Shown: positions 36,731 to 46,316, numbered from the stretch's first letter. The stretch is DNA of 64,000 nt from an uncultured bacterium (GCA_964593455.1 CAZQHK010000001.1:22708-86707), one strand, 5' to 3'. Program-made: numbers and translations. The notes: a model not told the origin generated them from the sequence alone.

Positions 36731-38488
36731 CTATCCAGTGGCGATTTCTTTCATCTGAGCATAGATATTCCGGGCTGAGATTTCCGCCTCTTTACGAATC
36801 TGGTCGAGTTCACTGGGATCGGGTACCTCACGCACGACCTCACAGTAAAATTTGACTTTCGGTTCGGTTCCACTCGGCCGTATGGTGGCCCGACCACCGC
36901 CTTTCAGGTAGTAGGTAAGAACATTCGCCTCGGGTAAATGTGTCGGACCGCATTCCTTCCCGTCAGGTGAGAACCGTTTTCCTTTCAAGCAATCCATCGT
37001 CTCCACGATGGGTAAACCTCCAAGCCGGTCCGGGGGATGGTCTCTGAAAGCAGCCATCATGACAGCCATCTTATCCTGCCAGTCAGGTGAGTCAAAAACC
37101 ATGCTTTTGTTGTAGCAGGCATGGTACCCATACGCACAATAGAGGCTGTCCAAATGCTGCAGTATAGATTCATTCTTCGAAGCGCACCAGGCGGCCAGAT
37201 CAGCCATGAGGGCCGGCGTTACGATACCATCCTTGTCTTTGACGTAAGGTCCGGCCAGGTAGCCGAGTGCTTCTTCGTATCCGAACAAGAAGCGGTACCC
37301 TTCTTTTTCCAGGTCCATGGCTCGATTAGCTATCCATTTAAATCCGGTCAGGGTTTCTTCGTATCTTATCCCGAATTTCCGGGCTACCCTACCCAGCATG
37401 GAAGAAGAGACCACTGTTGTTGCCATGAGTTCTTTACCGGTGATCTTGCCTTCTTTCTGAAGTCCGGCCAGGATAAAGTGTCCCAGCAGAGTGCCTACCT
37501 GGTTCCCGGAAAGCTGGACGTATCGTCCGCTGCCGATGGGTACGGCCACAGCTGTCCGGTCGGCGTCGGGATCATTGGCCAGAACGAGGTCGGCTCCCTC
37601 TACCGCCGCCCGCCGCAAGGCCAGATCCAGGGCCCCTTTTTCCTCAGGATTGGGAAAGGTTACCGTGCTGAAATTAGGATCTGGTTCGCACTGCTCTTTA
37701 ATCGGGATTAGGTGATTTATTCCTCGGCGGCGGAGAGCGTTGAGGGCCAGTGGCGCGCCGACTCCATGCATAGCCGTGTAGACAACCTTCAGGGTTTCAT
37801 GATTGCCTGGCAGAGCCGGCAGTCGGAGCTTGCCGATACAGTTGAGATATGTTTCGGTCATTTCACTGCCCAGAAAATGTATGTATCCGTCTGCTTTGGC
37901 CTGTTCGAATGGAACACGGCTGATTTGTTTGTACGAGGTGACTTTTTTGAACTCTTCAGCAATACCTGAGTCATGGGGCGGAATGATCTGGGCGCCGTTG
38001 GCCCAGTAGACTTTATAACCGTTGTACTGGGGTGGGTTGTGACTGGCGGTTATCATTATCCCGGCATGGGCGTTGAGAAACCGGACTCCGAATGATACCA
38101 GGGGAGTCGGGATAACATCTTCAAACAGGTGTACTTCGAATCCCGCTCCGGCAAACACCTCAGCTACTACCCGTGAAAAAGGGAGGGAACCGTGCCGGCC
38201 GTCATAGCCGATAACTATTCTGATTAGGGTTTCATCCTTGAACTTTGATTCCAGGTAGGTAGCCAGCCCCTGGGTTACCCGGGCAACCATGAACTCGTTC
38301 ATCCGGCTGGTACCGGCACCGAGAACACCTCTTAGTCCCGCTGTTCCGAAACTGAGGGTCGATCCGAAACGCTCCTGGAGTGTTTCTATATCCTGTTTGG
38401 CCAGCAAATCTTCCACTTCAGCGGTGGTTTCTTTGCACGGGTCATTTTCTATCCACCAACTGGCTGTGTCTAGCATGTTTTGCTGCAC
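36731..38488 (-). CDS. alpha-D-phosphohexomutase (phosphoglucomutase/phosphomannomutase family)
   Basis: Active-site loop IMITASHNPPQYNGYKVY. Metal-binding DGDADR-like motif NDPDADRTAV. Size 585 aa. Confidence 0.8.
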   Translation of the reverse strand: MQQNMLDTASWWIENDPCKETTAEVEDLLAKQDIETLQERFGSTLSFGTAGLRGVLGAGTSRMNEFMVARVTQGLATYLESKFKDETLIRIVIGYDGRHGSLPFSRVVAEVFAGAGFEVHLFEDVIPTPLVSFGVRFLNAHAGIMITASHNPPQYNGYKVYWANGAQIIPPHDSGIAEEFKKVTSYKQISRVPFEQAKADGYIHFLGSEMTETYLNCIGKLRLPALPGNHETLKVVYTAMHGVGAPLALNALRRRGINHLIPIKEQCEPDPNFSTVTFPNPEEKGALDLALRRAAVEGADLVLANDPDADRTAVAVPIGSGRYVQLSGNQVGTLLGHFILAGLQKEGKITGKELMATTVVSSSMLGRVARKFGIRYEETLTGFKWIANRAMDLEKEGYRFLFGYEEALGYLAGPYVKDKDGIVTPALMADLAAWCASKNESILQHLDSLYCAYGYHACYNKSMVFDSPDWQDKMAVMMAAFRDHPPDRLGGLPIVETMDCLKGKRFSPDGKECGPTHLPEANVLTYYLKGGGRATIRPSGTEPKVKFYCEVVREVPDPSELDQIRKEAEISARNIYAQMKEIATG

Positions 38489-38494
38489 TTCATG

Positions 38495-39334
38495 TCACCT
38501 CTTTCTAGAAGACTCTCGTTCGAGTACTACTATGGTCCAGTCGTCGGTTTGTCCAGTTGAACCAACAAACTCAAGAAATCTGTCAAATAGTTTTTCCAAA
38601 AAAATCTTTCCGTCAAGATGTCCGAGTAATCGTATCACATTCATGAAATCCGTGTCGCAGAACATCTTTCCTTTGTTGTTCTTGGCTTCGAGAATGCCAT
38701 CGGTCATCATGAGTAGTTTATCACCGGGCACCATGATATAAGAATCCTGATGAAAATTGAAATCAGGAAACAGCCCCAGGGGAGGATGTATACTGTGCGT
38801 TCCCAGTTTATAAGCTTCTCCGGACCGCACCATGAGAATAGGAAACTGGCCGGCGCAGGAAAACTTCAGGCAGTATTCAGGCTTGTTAAGAAGGAGGTAG
38901 GTAATGGTCAGGAATTCTTCCCTGATCAGTGTTTCCTGAAGGGATTTGTTCAACTGCCTGAGCAAATCCTTCGGCTGGGGCTTTCGGTGTTTCATGGAAT
39001 GAATGAGAAATTTGCACATGGAGGCTACCAGTGCTGCTGTCTGACCGTGCCCGCTGGCATCGGCCAGGCATATTCCGACGGAGGTCTCCGTGATGGAAAA
39101 GATATCGTAGAAATCACCACCCACCGCTTCCATCGGCCGGTATATGGAAAACATGTGAACTTCTCCCGTTTCAGGTACATGCAAAGGAAGAAGAGCTCGC
39201 TGGATCATTCTTATTTTGATGATGTTCTGTTCGGTATGGTAGTCTTCATCCATAACGATATAATTATAATTTCCTTTACCATGTTCTGTCAAAAAATACC
39301 TGACCCGGAAACGGCGGTAGACATTCTGTATCAC
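38495..39334 (-). CDS. PP2C-type (SpoIIE/RsbU-like) serine phosphatase, stand-alone
   Basis: GGDFYDIFSI...GICLADASGHG...MTDGILEA. The true start may be the internal Met (MDEDY). Confidence 0.65.
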   Translation of the reverse strand: MIQNVYRRFRVRYFLTEHGKGNYNYIVMDEDYHTEQNIIKIRMIQRALLPLHVPETGEVHMFSIYRPMEAVGGDFYDIFSITETSVGICLADASGHGQTAALVASMCKFLIHSMKHRKPQPKDLLRQLNKSLQETLIREEFLTITYLLLNKPEYCLKFSCAGQFPILMVRSGEAYKLGTHSIHPPLGLFPDFNFHQDSYIMVPGDKLLMMTDGILEAKNNKGKMFCDTDFMNVIRLLGHLDGKIFLEKLFDRFLEFVGSTGQTDDWTIVVLERESSRKR

Positions 39335-39360
39335 GAGAATACATCGTGTATTCTCACCTT

Positions 39361-39412
39361 GCGAGTGTCACTTCTCGGTCTCGTGACGGAAGTTCGTGAA
39401 ATATCCGGGCTA
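39361..39412. repeat. truncated copy of the MITE right end (CTCGTGACGGaagTTCGTGAAATATCCGGG)
   Basis: 27 of 30 nt match 10890-10919. The matching left TIR is absent. A 9-bp palindrome GAGAATACA/TGTATTCTC sits at 39346-39366. Confidence 0.45.
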
Positions 39413-39513
39413 CGTTTTGATCTATAGTTATGCAACTGGAGAAAGTGAGGTATTCGCTCGTGTGGAATACTTACCGATACAAGTGACAAGGGTTTTTGAA
39501 CTGAGGAGTTACT

Positions 39514-39810
39514 ATGGAACTGTTAAAAAAAATACTCTGGTGGGCTCTAGCAGTGTTTTTGGCTCTAGTTGTGATCGGGCTCATGATTTACATATTCTAC
39601 GAATTCCCGGAGTTGGTTGATCTTATCCTCAGGTCTGAAAAACCAAAGTCATTTCCCGCTGCCAGACAGTACCGCCAGGCCCTGGATGATGCGGAGATGA
39701 CCATCGAAGTAAATTTCAGACATTTAAAATCTATTGGAGTCACCGATGAAGTACAGATGACCGGTGAAGCTGTTCTTACCGGGGAAAGTTCCGCTCCAGC
39801 TAAGCAGTAA
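39514..39810 (+). CDS. small membrane protein (98 aa)
   Basis: GAGGAG sits 7 nt upstream. One TM helix (ILWWALAVFLALVVIGLMIYIF). Confidence 0.45.
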   Translation: MELLKKILWWALAVFLALVVIGLMIYIFYEFPELVDLILRSEKPKSFPAARQYRQALDDAEMTIEVNFRHLKSIGVTDEVQMTGEAVLTGESSAPAKQ

Positions 39811-40280
39811 CCGATAATCGATAAAACTCGACTTTCTCAAGTAACCTTAGTTGATCAGACGGCTGCCATATTTAACATCCACAGGAAAAAACCAAAATGT
39901 TTGAGATAAATACTGTGGAAAAGGCTGTTGCCGTGAAAATGGGGCGTGTACTTGTAGAGTGAATACGTGGCCGGATTTTCCACAGAGACAGTCCGGCCGT
40001 CAATCTGCAGAGTAATGGTGTCTTTCCCCTGCGCGTCGTCGTAGTGGCGTCGGAGGGTGCTGGCTGCGCCCCGGATCTGGTTTTTCAGCCCCTTGAAATC
40101 ATTGTTGAAGGTTCCTCCGTCATAAGCTCCCACTCCCAACGCCGTTCTTCCTCTTCGACCTCCGCCTGTTCTAGTTCGCCGATCTTTTTATTCATCTCCC
40201 GTTTCTTTAATGAAGAGAATTTGCTGTCCATACCGGCGGTGAGATAATGATCAAGTGCTTCTTTCATCTTTTTACGGGCT

Positions 40281-40562
40281 TCACCGCTCTGGCCGGCCTT
40301 GGCCTGCATGACGAAAGAGGAAAGCCAGAAACGGAATCTTTGAGAACCGGGAAAGAGGGCTTTGTTTTTCATCTTCAACTGTTTCACCACCGGTGTCGCT
40401 TAGCGTGTCTTCCTGAGATGAAACTGTGCTTTCAGTCGGCTGTTGTGTTGAACGGATAGTGTCCAGTATCGGTAGTCCTTGTGCTTCTGCCGCCATCGGC
40501 ACTAACAATGAAATCATGTAAAAAACTACAACAATCCAGGCTGTCGATTGTAATCTGGACAT
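40281..40562 (-). CDS. small secreted acidic protein; the reading frame appears disrupted downstream (possible pseudogene or frameshift errors)
   Basis: GAGGTGA sits 9 nt before the ATG at 40562. Signal peptide MSRLQSTAWIVVVFYMISLLVPMAAEAQG. Two further overlapping ORFs lie in other frames (40085..40390 and 39855..40139). Confidence 0.3.
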   Translation of the reverse strand: MSRLQSTAWIVVVFYMISLLVPMAAEAQGLPILDTIRSTQQPTESTVSSQEDTLSDTGGETVEDEKQSPLSRFSKIPFLAFLFRHAGQGRPER

Positions 40563-40613
40563 ACTAAATTCACCTCGCACTTTTACTTTCATATTTTACC
40601 GGGTATATGCATA

Positions 40614-40634
40614 CCCCCCCCCCAAAAAAAAAAA
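40614..40634. repeat. homopolymeric tract C10A11
   Basis: Read directly: 10 C followed by 11 A. It lies ~50 nt upstream of the start of the secreted-protein gene on the minus strand. Confidence 0.9.
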
Positions 40635-40795
40635 GTTTCAAATCAAGAGACCGGTATCAAAAATAACTCGTTACTCGGTCCGGCTATCTGGTTTTCATCA
40701 TGGTGTTAATTGAGCTAAAATACTGTCTGAGAAACTCGACCCGGTGACTTCAAGTAAGACTCTTGGAAATGATGGAAATAGGTGGTGTTCACCCG

Positions 40796-41458
40796 ATGGA
40801 AAGTGTCCGCAAAAGAAAAAACAGAGTAAGTAAGATCCTGGAGAGGCTAACTGAGATCTATGACACTGCCCGATGCACGCTCGACCATGATAATACTTAT
40901 CAATTGTTGGTAGCTACTATTTTGGCTGCTCAATGCACCGACAAACGGGTCAATCTGGTGACTCCCGATCTTTTCCGGAAATACCCTGATCCGGCCGCCC
41001 TGGCGAAGGCCGATCGAACAGAATTGATAGAGATTATCAGGTCGACCGGTTTTTTCCGGAACAAGACCTCAAATCTCATTGCCTGCGCAACTGACCTGGT
41101 CCGTTTGTTCGGTGGTGAAGTACCGGGAGAGCTTGAGAAACTGGTGAAACTCAAAGGTGTCGGTCGAAAAACTGCGAATGTCGTCCTGGGAAACTCCTTT
41201 GGTGTTCCCGGAGTTGTTGTGGATACCCATGTAAAAAGACTTTCAGGTCGGCTTGCTCTCAGCGACAACACAGATCCCGGCAAAATAGAGCGTGATCTGA
41301 TGGAGGTGGTGCCCCGGTCTCACTGGACACTTTTCAGTCATTTACTGGTTTTTCACGGTCGTGAAATTTGCCGGGCTCGCCACCCGGTCTGCGCTTCATG
41401 CTTAATCAATAAATGGTGTCCTCATGGCCAGGAGATTGTTTCCCTGGCTGTTGAATAA
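40796..41458 (+). CDS. nth: endonuclease III (DNA glycosylase/AP lyase)
   Basis: Helix-hairpin-helix (HhH) motif LKGVGRKTANVVL. The [4Fe-4S] motif is C-x6-C-x2-C-x5-C (CRARHPVCASCLINKWC). The track ORF starts at 40763. Confidence 0.85.
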   Translation: MESVRKRKNRVSKILERLTEIYDTARCTLDHDNTYQLLVATILAAQCTDKRVNLVTPDLFRKYPDPAALAKADRTELIEIIRSTGFFRNKTSNLIACATDLVRLFGGEVPGELEKLVKLKGVGRKTANVVLGNSFGVPGVVVDTHVKRLSGRLALSDNTDPGKIERDLMEVVPRSHWTLFSHLLVFHGREICRARHPVCASCLINKWCPHGQEIVSLAVE

Positions 41459-41569
41459 TTATCATTTCCCGGCCAAATGGTTTAATTTTATACAGTGTCA
41501 GACATAGTTGTCTTCACCGTCTCACGAGGGTCCCCAGCGTACCGGAAACTGGTCTGGCAGGGAAGTAAA

Positions 41570-41602
41570 AGCTAAAAAAGAAGCCCCTTTTCGAAAAGGG
41601 GC
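41570..41602 (-). terminator. intrinsic terminator: 20-nt perfect palindrome GCCCCTTTTCGAAAAGGGGC followed (minus strand) by TTCTTTTTTAGCTTTT
   Basis: Read directly. It lies downstream of the sigma/anti-sigma operon. An A-run on the other side makes it potentially bidirectional. Confidence 0.5.
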
Positions 41603-41790
41603 AGATTAGGGGGATCAGTTGATGAATACAAACGAGGGAAAACCCTCGGCAGTATCCTTGCTTAACAACTACTTCTACTTCACTGCTAGAATCGTGCCAA
41701 CTCTTGAGTGAACGTTAATAAATATCTACTTTACTCAAGTCGACTTGGAATAATGCCTGAATACAGGTTTTGATCAGTGGATAATTCATA

Positions 41791-41880
41791 CCCGAATAAT
41801 TCACAAATAATCTACATCAGACGAAGTCATCCTAGCTTCGTCCCCTTCACCTCGCTACGAAGATTCGTGAATTATTCGGG
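41791..41880. mobile_element. 90-bp MITE-like element with perfect 14-bp TIR CCCGAATAATTCAC / GTGAATTATTCGGG
   Basis: Read directly. The right end abuts the stop codon of the anti-sigma gene (TAA at 41882-84). The TIR is related (11/14) to the TIR of the 187-bp element. Confidence 0.55.
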
Positions 41881-41881
41881 C

Positions 41882-43060
41882 TTACTCGTTCTGGAAGGAG
41901 TTCAGTAACTCTGCATAAGGCGGTACATGGGGGGCAAGATTTGGCAGTTGTTTTCGCAATCTCTCGTCATTTCGTTGGGCTGCCTCGAATTCACCAATCT
42001 CGAAAAGGCAGTTGATAAAAGATTTCCAGGCTTCCACGGCTCGCGGAGAAGAGGAAAAGTTTCTCAGGAAAGAGTAATAGTGTTCCGCGGCCTGAGCCCA
42101 AAAGCCTTCCCGGGCTTGTTGTTCGGCCACGGTCAGGATGATCTCGGATAGGTGAAGGTTGGCCCTGGTTCTCGCTCGTTCCGGTATTCCGTAGGCGCCT
42201 TCGGAAGACCAGTTGGCCGGGCCAATTGGTGCTCCCATTCCGGAATCCACTCGTTTCATAGATTTTGCTCTCGCCAGTGGCATGCTCCGCGTCGGCATCC
42301 TGGAACTGTTAACCGGTATGATTTCATCCCGGCTGGTTTCTTCGAAAAAGCCGGCCGGCTGTAATGACCCGAAGTGGGTATCCTGGAAACGTCCTTCCTG
42401 TTTTTTTGACATCGAGGAAGGTAGCTCTGAGACCGCTACCGGTTTTGCTGCCGGGACTTCTTTGTCTGCTAAGATCGCCTTAGATGTCACTTTAACGGAA
42501 GAAAACGGGTTTGAATCTTCGGCCGGGTAGTTGGCAGCTACCGCCGGCGGCGACTGAGTTTCCGTTTCTGCCAGGGCTATGGCTGCAGGGTATTCATAAT
42601 GGTCGGTTTCAGTTTCAGCCTCGTCTTTGGTCTCGGCGATTGCCGGCCGTGAAACTGCGACGGTGGCGTTATTCTCTTTTTGGAGTGTCACTGAAGACCT
42701 ATCTTCTGTTGTGAACGGAGTGAGTAAAGCGGCCAGAAGTATCGCTGCGAATCCGGCTGCGGGAAGAAGAACACGCCAGACAGGAAAGCGGAACCATGGC
42801 CGGTTGTCAACTTCCTGTACCGTCTCTTTTGGGATGTCTATTGCGTCCCGGGCGGCCTGGAGTATTGTTTCCCGGGCGGTTGCCGGGGCTGGATGGAGAG
42901 AGAGAGATGCGCACAGGTCCAGAGTGTCCCGATGTTGTTCTAGCTCCATGCTGCAGACGGGACAGGCTTGCAGGTGTTCTTGAAACTCTCGCCGGCACTT
43001 AGGATCAAGCTCTCCGAACAGGTCTTCCAGTATCAATGACTGTGCTTCAGTGCAGTTCAT
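41882..43060 (-). CDS. zinc-finger anti-sigma factor (ZAS-type) with TM segment and extracytoplasmic domain
   Basis: HLQACPVC (HxxxCxxC) lies near the N-terminus. A TM helix is present (VLLPAAGFAAILLAALL). The start overlaps the upstream ECF sigma gene. Confidence 0.6.
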   Translation of the reverse strand: MNCTEAQSLILEDLFGELDPKCRREFQEHLQACPVCSMELEQHRDTLDLCASLSLHPAPATARETILQAARDAIDIPKETVQEVDNRPWFRFPVWRVLLPAAGFAAILLAALLTPFTTEDRSSVTLQKENNATVAVSRPAIAETKDEAETETDHYEYPAAIALAETETQSPPAVAANYPAEDSNPFSSVKVTSKAILADKEVPAAKPVAVSELPSSMSKKQEGRFQDTHFGSLQPAGFFEETSRDEIIPVNSSRMPTRSMPLARAKSMKRVDSGMGAPIGPANWSSEGAYGIPERARTRANLHLSEIILTVAEQQAREGFWAQAAEHYYSFLRNFSSSPRAVEAWKSFINCLFEIGEFEAAQRNDERLRKQLPNLAPHVPPYAELLNSFQNE

Positions 43061-43685
43061 GCTCTATTCCTTTGCATTTCTCTGGTATTGAATTCTCCAA
43101 AAACTGCATCTTCTCCAGGTATTCTCGTATTCTCATCAACGCGTAGCGCATCCTGCTTTTGGCGGTGGCTTCAGGACATTCCATTACCGCTGAAATCTCC
43201 TTGAAAGAGAGTCCAACCTGATGGCGGAATAAGAACACTTCACGCTGTGGAGTAGGCAGTTGCGCCAGCGCATCTTCCACGGCGCGTTCCAGTTCCCTGG
43301 CTTGAATTACTTCTTCAGGCGGCGGATTTGAACTCTTAAGACAATCTTCAAGAGAAGTTTCACTCCCCTGATAGTTTCGAATTGGCACCGACATGGAAAT
43401 ATAATTACGGATTTTCTTCCGTCGTATCTTATCGATGCAAAGATTCCTGGCGATTCGGTAAAGCCAGGTTGTAAATTTTGCGTCCGGCCGATACCGAGCG
43501 GCATGCCGGACGACCCTGATAAATGTTTCCTGGAGCACGTCCTCGGCCAGAGTGCGGTCCTTCAGTATTCGCAGGATGTAGTTATAAACGGGTTTTTCAT
43601 GTCTCCTGACCAGAGTCTCGAATGAATGTATATCACCTGAACTGTAATATTTCATGAGGATCTCGTCAGGTACGTTATCTTGCAT
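43047..43685 (-). CDS. ECF-subfamily RNA polymerase sigma factor
   Basis: Region 2 LQETFIRVVRHAARY. Region 4 SFKEISAVMECPEATAKSRMRYAL. Confidence 0.8.
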   Translation of the reverse strand: MQDNVPDEILMKYYSSGDIHSFETLVRRHEKPVYNYILRILKDRTLAEDVLQETFIRVVRHAARYRPDAKFTTWLYRIARNLCIDKIRRKKIRNYISMSVPIRNYQGSETSLEDCLKSSNPPPEEVIQARELERAVEDALAQLPTPQREVFLFRHQVGLSFKEISAVMECPEATAKSRMRYALMRIREYLEKMQFLENSIPEKCKGIEHELH

Positions 43686-43744
43686 TGATTTCGCACCTCA
43701 TTACGCCTCCCGGAAATTGTGAACGCACGAAAGAGGCGAAAGGT

Positions 43745-44305
43745 TTAGAAGGCTGCAAAATAAGATCCAAAACCTCGCTCCAAGATCTGCTGGGCTTTCT
43801 TCTGGTATTCAATTTTCTGGTCGGAGCGTCCTATTTTACCGCACATCTCGGCCATTCGTTCAAAGACCACTTTGTCTCTGCTGGGGTTGCAGCTCAACTC
43901 CTGTTCGTAGAGTTTCATGGCGGACTGGAAAAACTGCTCGATTTCAGTCGGGTTTCCCATTTTAAATGCAATATCGAAAAGACGATAGTGTGTTTCAGCA
44001 TCTCCCCCATTGTACCTGATACGTTTCAAATAAGCCTGCTGCGCTTGTTCCCAGGCGACGAACGCCTCACGGTTTCGACCTTCCTTCCAGGCGATGAGAC
44101 CGTTGGTGAAACACTCGTCTCCTTCGCGTCTGGATTCAGTCAGAGGGAAAATAACCGTAGTTTGTTTGGTCCCGCCAGCGAAGAACTTACTGAAATCAAG
44201 CCGTTCTTTCAACCCTTTTCCTAACACGCTCAGATTACATATGCAAGAAGCTCTAGCTCTAGCGGCAAGCGGTTTGCTATCAGAATCCGAAATCTTTGTC
44301 GCCAT
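43745..44305 (-). CDS. hypothetical TPR-like protein; start uncertain
   Basis: The C-terminal half is helical-repeat-like (GLIAWKEGRNREAFVAWEQAQQAYLK). The N-terminal ~30 aa overlap the upstream gene and are probably not translated. Confidence 0.3.
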   Translation of the reverse strand: MATKISDSDSKPLAARARASCICNLSVLGKGLKERLDFSKFFAGGTKQTTVIFPLTESRREGDECFTNGLIAWKEGRNREAFVAWEQAQQAYLKRIRYNGGDAETHYRLFDIAFKMGNPTEIEQFFQSAMKLYEQELSCNPSRDKVVFERMAEMCGKIGRSDQKIEYQKKAQQILERGFGSYFAAF

Positions 44306-44741
44306 TGGGCTTCTTTCTTGATGATTTGAGAGTATCCTGATGCTCCGGCTGCTTTTCTGAGTGCTTTTGGGTCTGGATCTGGCTTACGTCAAGCAAGGAA
44401 GCTTCTTCCCATATTTTTCTCAGGCCGATAAACGTTTCTCGAACATCGTTCATCAGGTCGGCGTTCTTATGCACATTTGCCTCAACCAGTTTCTCATGAA
44501 ATGAGTCATAAAGAATAAAGAGGTTCAGAGCTGTCTCGCCAACGTCAAGATCCAGGGATAGCATTAACTCGGTGATGATCTTCTGGGCCTGGATAAGAGA
44601 ATCATTGACTCGATCCAACTGCTTCTTCTTCATTCCGTTCAAGGCGTCTTCAAGAAGTTTGACGACACCGTCATAGAGCATGAGAATCAGCTTTATCTGA
44701 CCTTGTTGTTTGTCCATCTGATCTTTCATTATTGAGGCCAC
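44280..44741 (-). CDS. FliS-like flagellin-specific chaperone family protein with ~35-aa C-terminal extension
   Basis: KLILMLYDGVVKLLEDA...AQKIITELMLSLDLDVGETALNLFILYDSFHEKLVEANVHKNADLMNDVRETFIGLRKIWEE follows the FliS consensus (LYDGA..A...II.EL...LD...GE.A.NL..LY.Y....L..AN...D...I.EV...L..L..AW). Confidence 0.55.
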   Translation of the reverse strand: MASIMKDQMDKQQGQIKLILMLYDGVVKLLEDALNGMKKKQLDRVNDSLIQAQKIITELMLSLDLDVGETALNLFILYDSFHEKLVEANVHKNADLMNDVRETFIGLRKIWEEASLLDVSQIQTQKHSEKQPEHQDTLKSSRKKPNGDKDFGF

Positions 44742-44880
44742 TTCCTTGCTGAACCTTAAAGTTCGAAAGCTTATTGTAACTCAGGTAATAGGCTCCAAGC
44801 AAGGCATAATTTGTAGTAACAGCTTGCGTTGAAAGGAGGTATCGTGATAAGGATACAGGGAACAGCAGGAGGTGACTCAG

Positions 44881-46287
44881 GTGAAACAGGTTCCAGCCAG
44901 CCTGACCGACCTTGATCGGAACAGGTTTGTACATTTCATTGGTATCGGGGGAACGGGAATGTCTGGTCTGGCCAGCAGCCTGGTAGCTCTCGGCTATCGG
45001 ATCGCGGGTTCTGATAACTCCCCGGGAGACATTGTGGACACCTTGAGAAATGAAGGGGTTAAGATTTTCCTGACGCATAACTCCGCCAATATCTTTTCTG
45101 ATACACAGTTGGTGGTACGATCGGCGGCAGTCAAGGACGATAATCCTGAAGTGTTTGCCGCCAGACTCCGAAACATACCGGTCATCAAGTATGCGGAGAT
45201 GCTGGGTCTTCTCATGAAACAGAAATCAGGTATAGCGATTTCCGGAACACATGGAAAGACGACAATTACCGCCCTCGTTTCGTTTGTTCTGACTCAGGCG
45301 GGTTTAGATCCGGGATTTGTGGTCGGCGGGGATGTTCCACAACTGGGAGGCGGTTCACGAGTCGGCCGGGGTGAGTATTTCATCGCTGAAGCGTGCGAAT
45401 ATGAACGGTCGTTCTTGTCTTTGTATCCAAAATTGGCCGTGGTCAACAACATCGAGGAGGATCACCTGGATTGTTATCGTGACATCGAAGAGATAAGAAA
45501 CGCTTTTTCAAAATTTATTCAACGAATCCCTCCTGACGGTCTTCTTCTTTTGAGCGACACTGTTCCGGATAAAGAAAATCTGGTTTCCAAGGTTGACTGT
45601 ACGGTGAAATACTATGGCCAATCGGAGGAAGCTCATTACCGTCTGCTCAATTCATCTTCTCAAGCCGGCATTACTACGGGAACCGTGAGTTTGCCGCAGG
45701 GAGATACGGTGTCACTGGTTCTGAAGCTCATGGGAGAACACAATATTTTGAATGCTGTAGCGGCTTTGGCGATAAGTTGTGAAGCGGGGATAAAACCTGC
45801 TGAGACTATTGAAATATTGAAAAAATTTACCGGAGTTACGCGGCGAATGGAGACCTTGTTCGATCGGGATGGTCAGATAGTCATGGATGATTATGCTCAT
45901 CATCCGACAGAGGTACGGACGGTTTTGGCCTCCCTTCGACAGCATTTTCAAGAACACCGGTGTGTCGTTATTTTTCAGCCTCACCAACACTCGCGGACCC
46001 GTTTTCTTTTAAAAGATTTTGCCAGATCGTTTTCCGACTCCGATCTGGTAATCGTTCCTGATATCTATTTCGTTCGTGACTCTGAGACCGAGAAGAAAAA
46101 CATCCACTCTCGAGACCTGGTAAATGAGATAGTCAAGAATGGCGGAAATGCAGTTTATATACCATCATTTGGTGAAATTGAGCAGTTTCTGGTGAACAAT
46201 CTTCTGCCTCGCCAGTTAACCATTACCATGGGGGCGGGTGACGTGTGGATCGTAGGCCATCGGTTGGCCAAACGACTTGACAGCTAA
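44881..46287 (+). CDS. murC: UDP-N-acetylmuramate--L-alanine ligase (MurC/Mpl family)
   Basis: HFIGIGGTGMSGLA. ISGTHGKTTITAL. Size 469 aa. It is not inside a dcw cluster, so Mpl is an alternative. GTG at 44881 sits 8 nt after AGGAGG. Confidence 0.65.
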   Translation: MKQVPASLTDLDRNRFVHFIGIGGTGMSGLASSLVALGYRIAGSDNSPGDIVDTLRNEGVKIFLTHNSANIFSDTQLVVRSAAVKDDNPEVFAARLRNIPVIKYAEMLGLLMKQKSGIAISGTHGKTTITALVSFVLTQAGLDPGFVVGGDVPQLGGGSRVGRGEYFIAEACEYERSFLSLYPKLAVVNNIEEDHLDCYRDIEEIRNAFSKFIQRIPPDGLLLLSDTVPDKENLVSKVDCTVKYYGQSEEAHYRLLNSSSQAGITTGTVSLPQGDTVSLVLKLMGEHNILNAVAALAISCEAGIKPAETIEILKKFTGVTRRMETLFDRDGQIVMDDYAHHPTEVRTVLASLRQHFQEHRCVVIFQPHQHSRTRFLLKDFARSFSDSDLVIVPDIYFVRDSETEKKNIHSRDLVNEIVKNGGNAVYIPSFGEIEQFLVNNLLPRQLTITMGAGDVWIVGHRLAKRLDS

Positions 46288-46316
46288 CGGAGACTTTCGT
46301 AAAAACAATAGACAAG

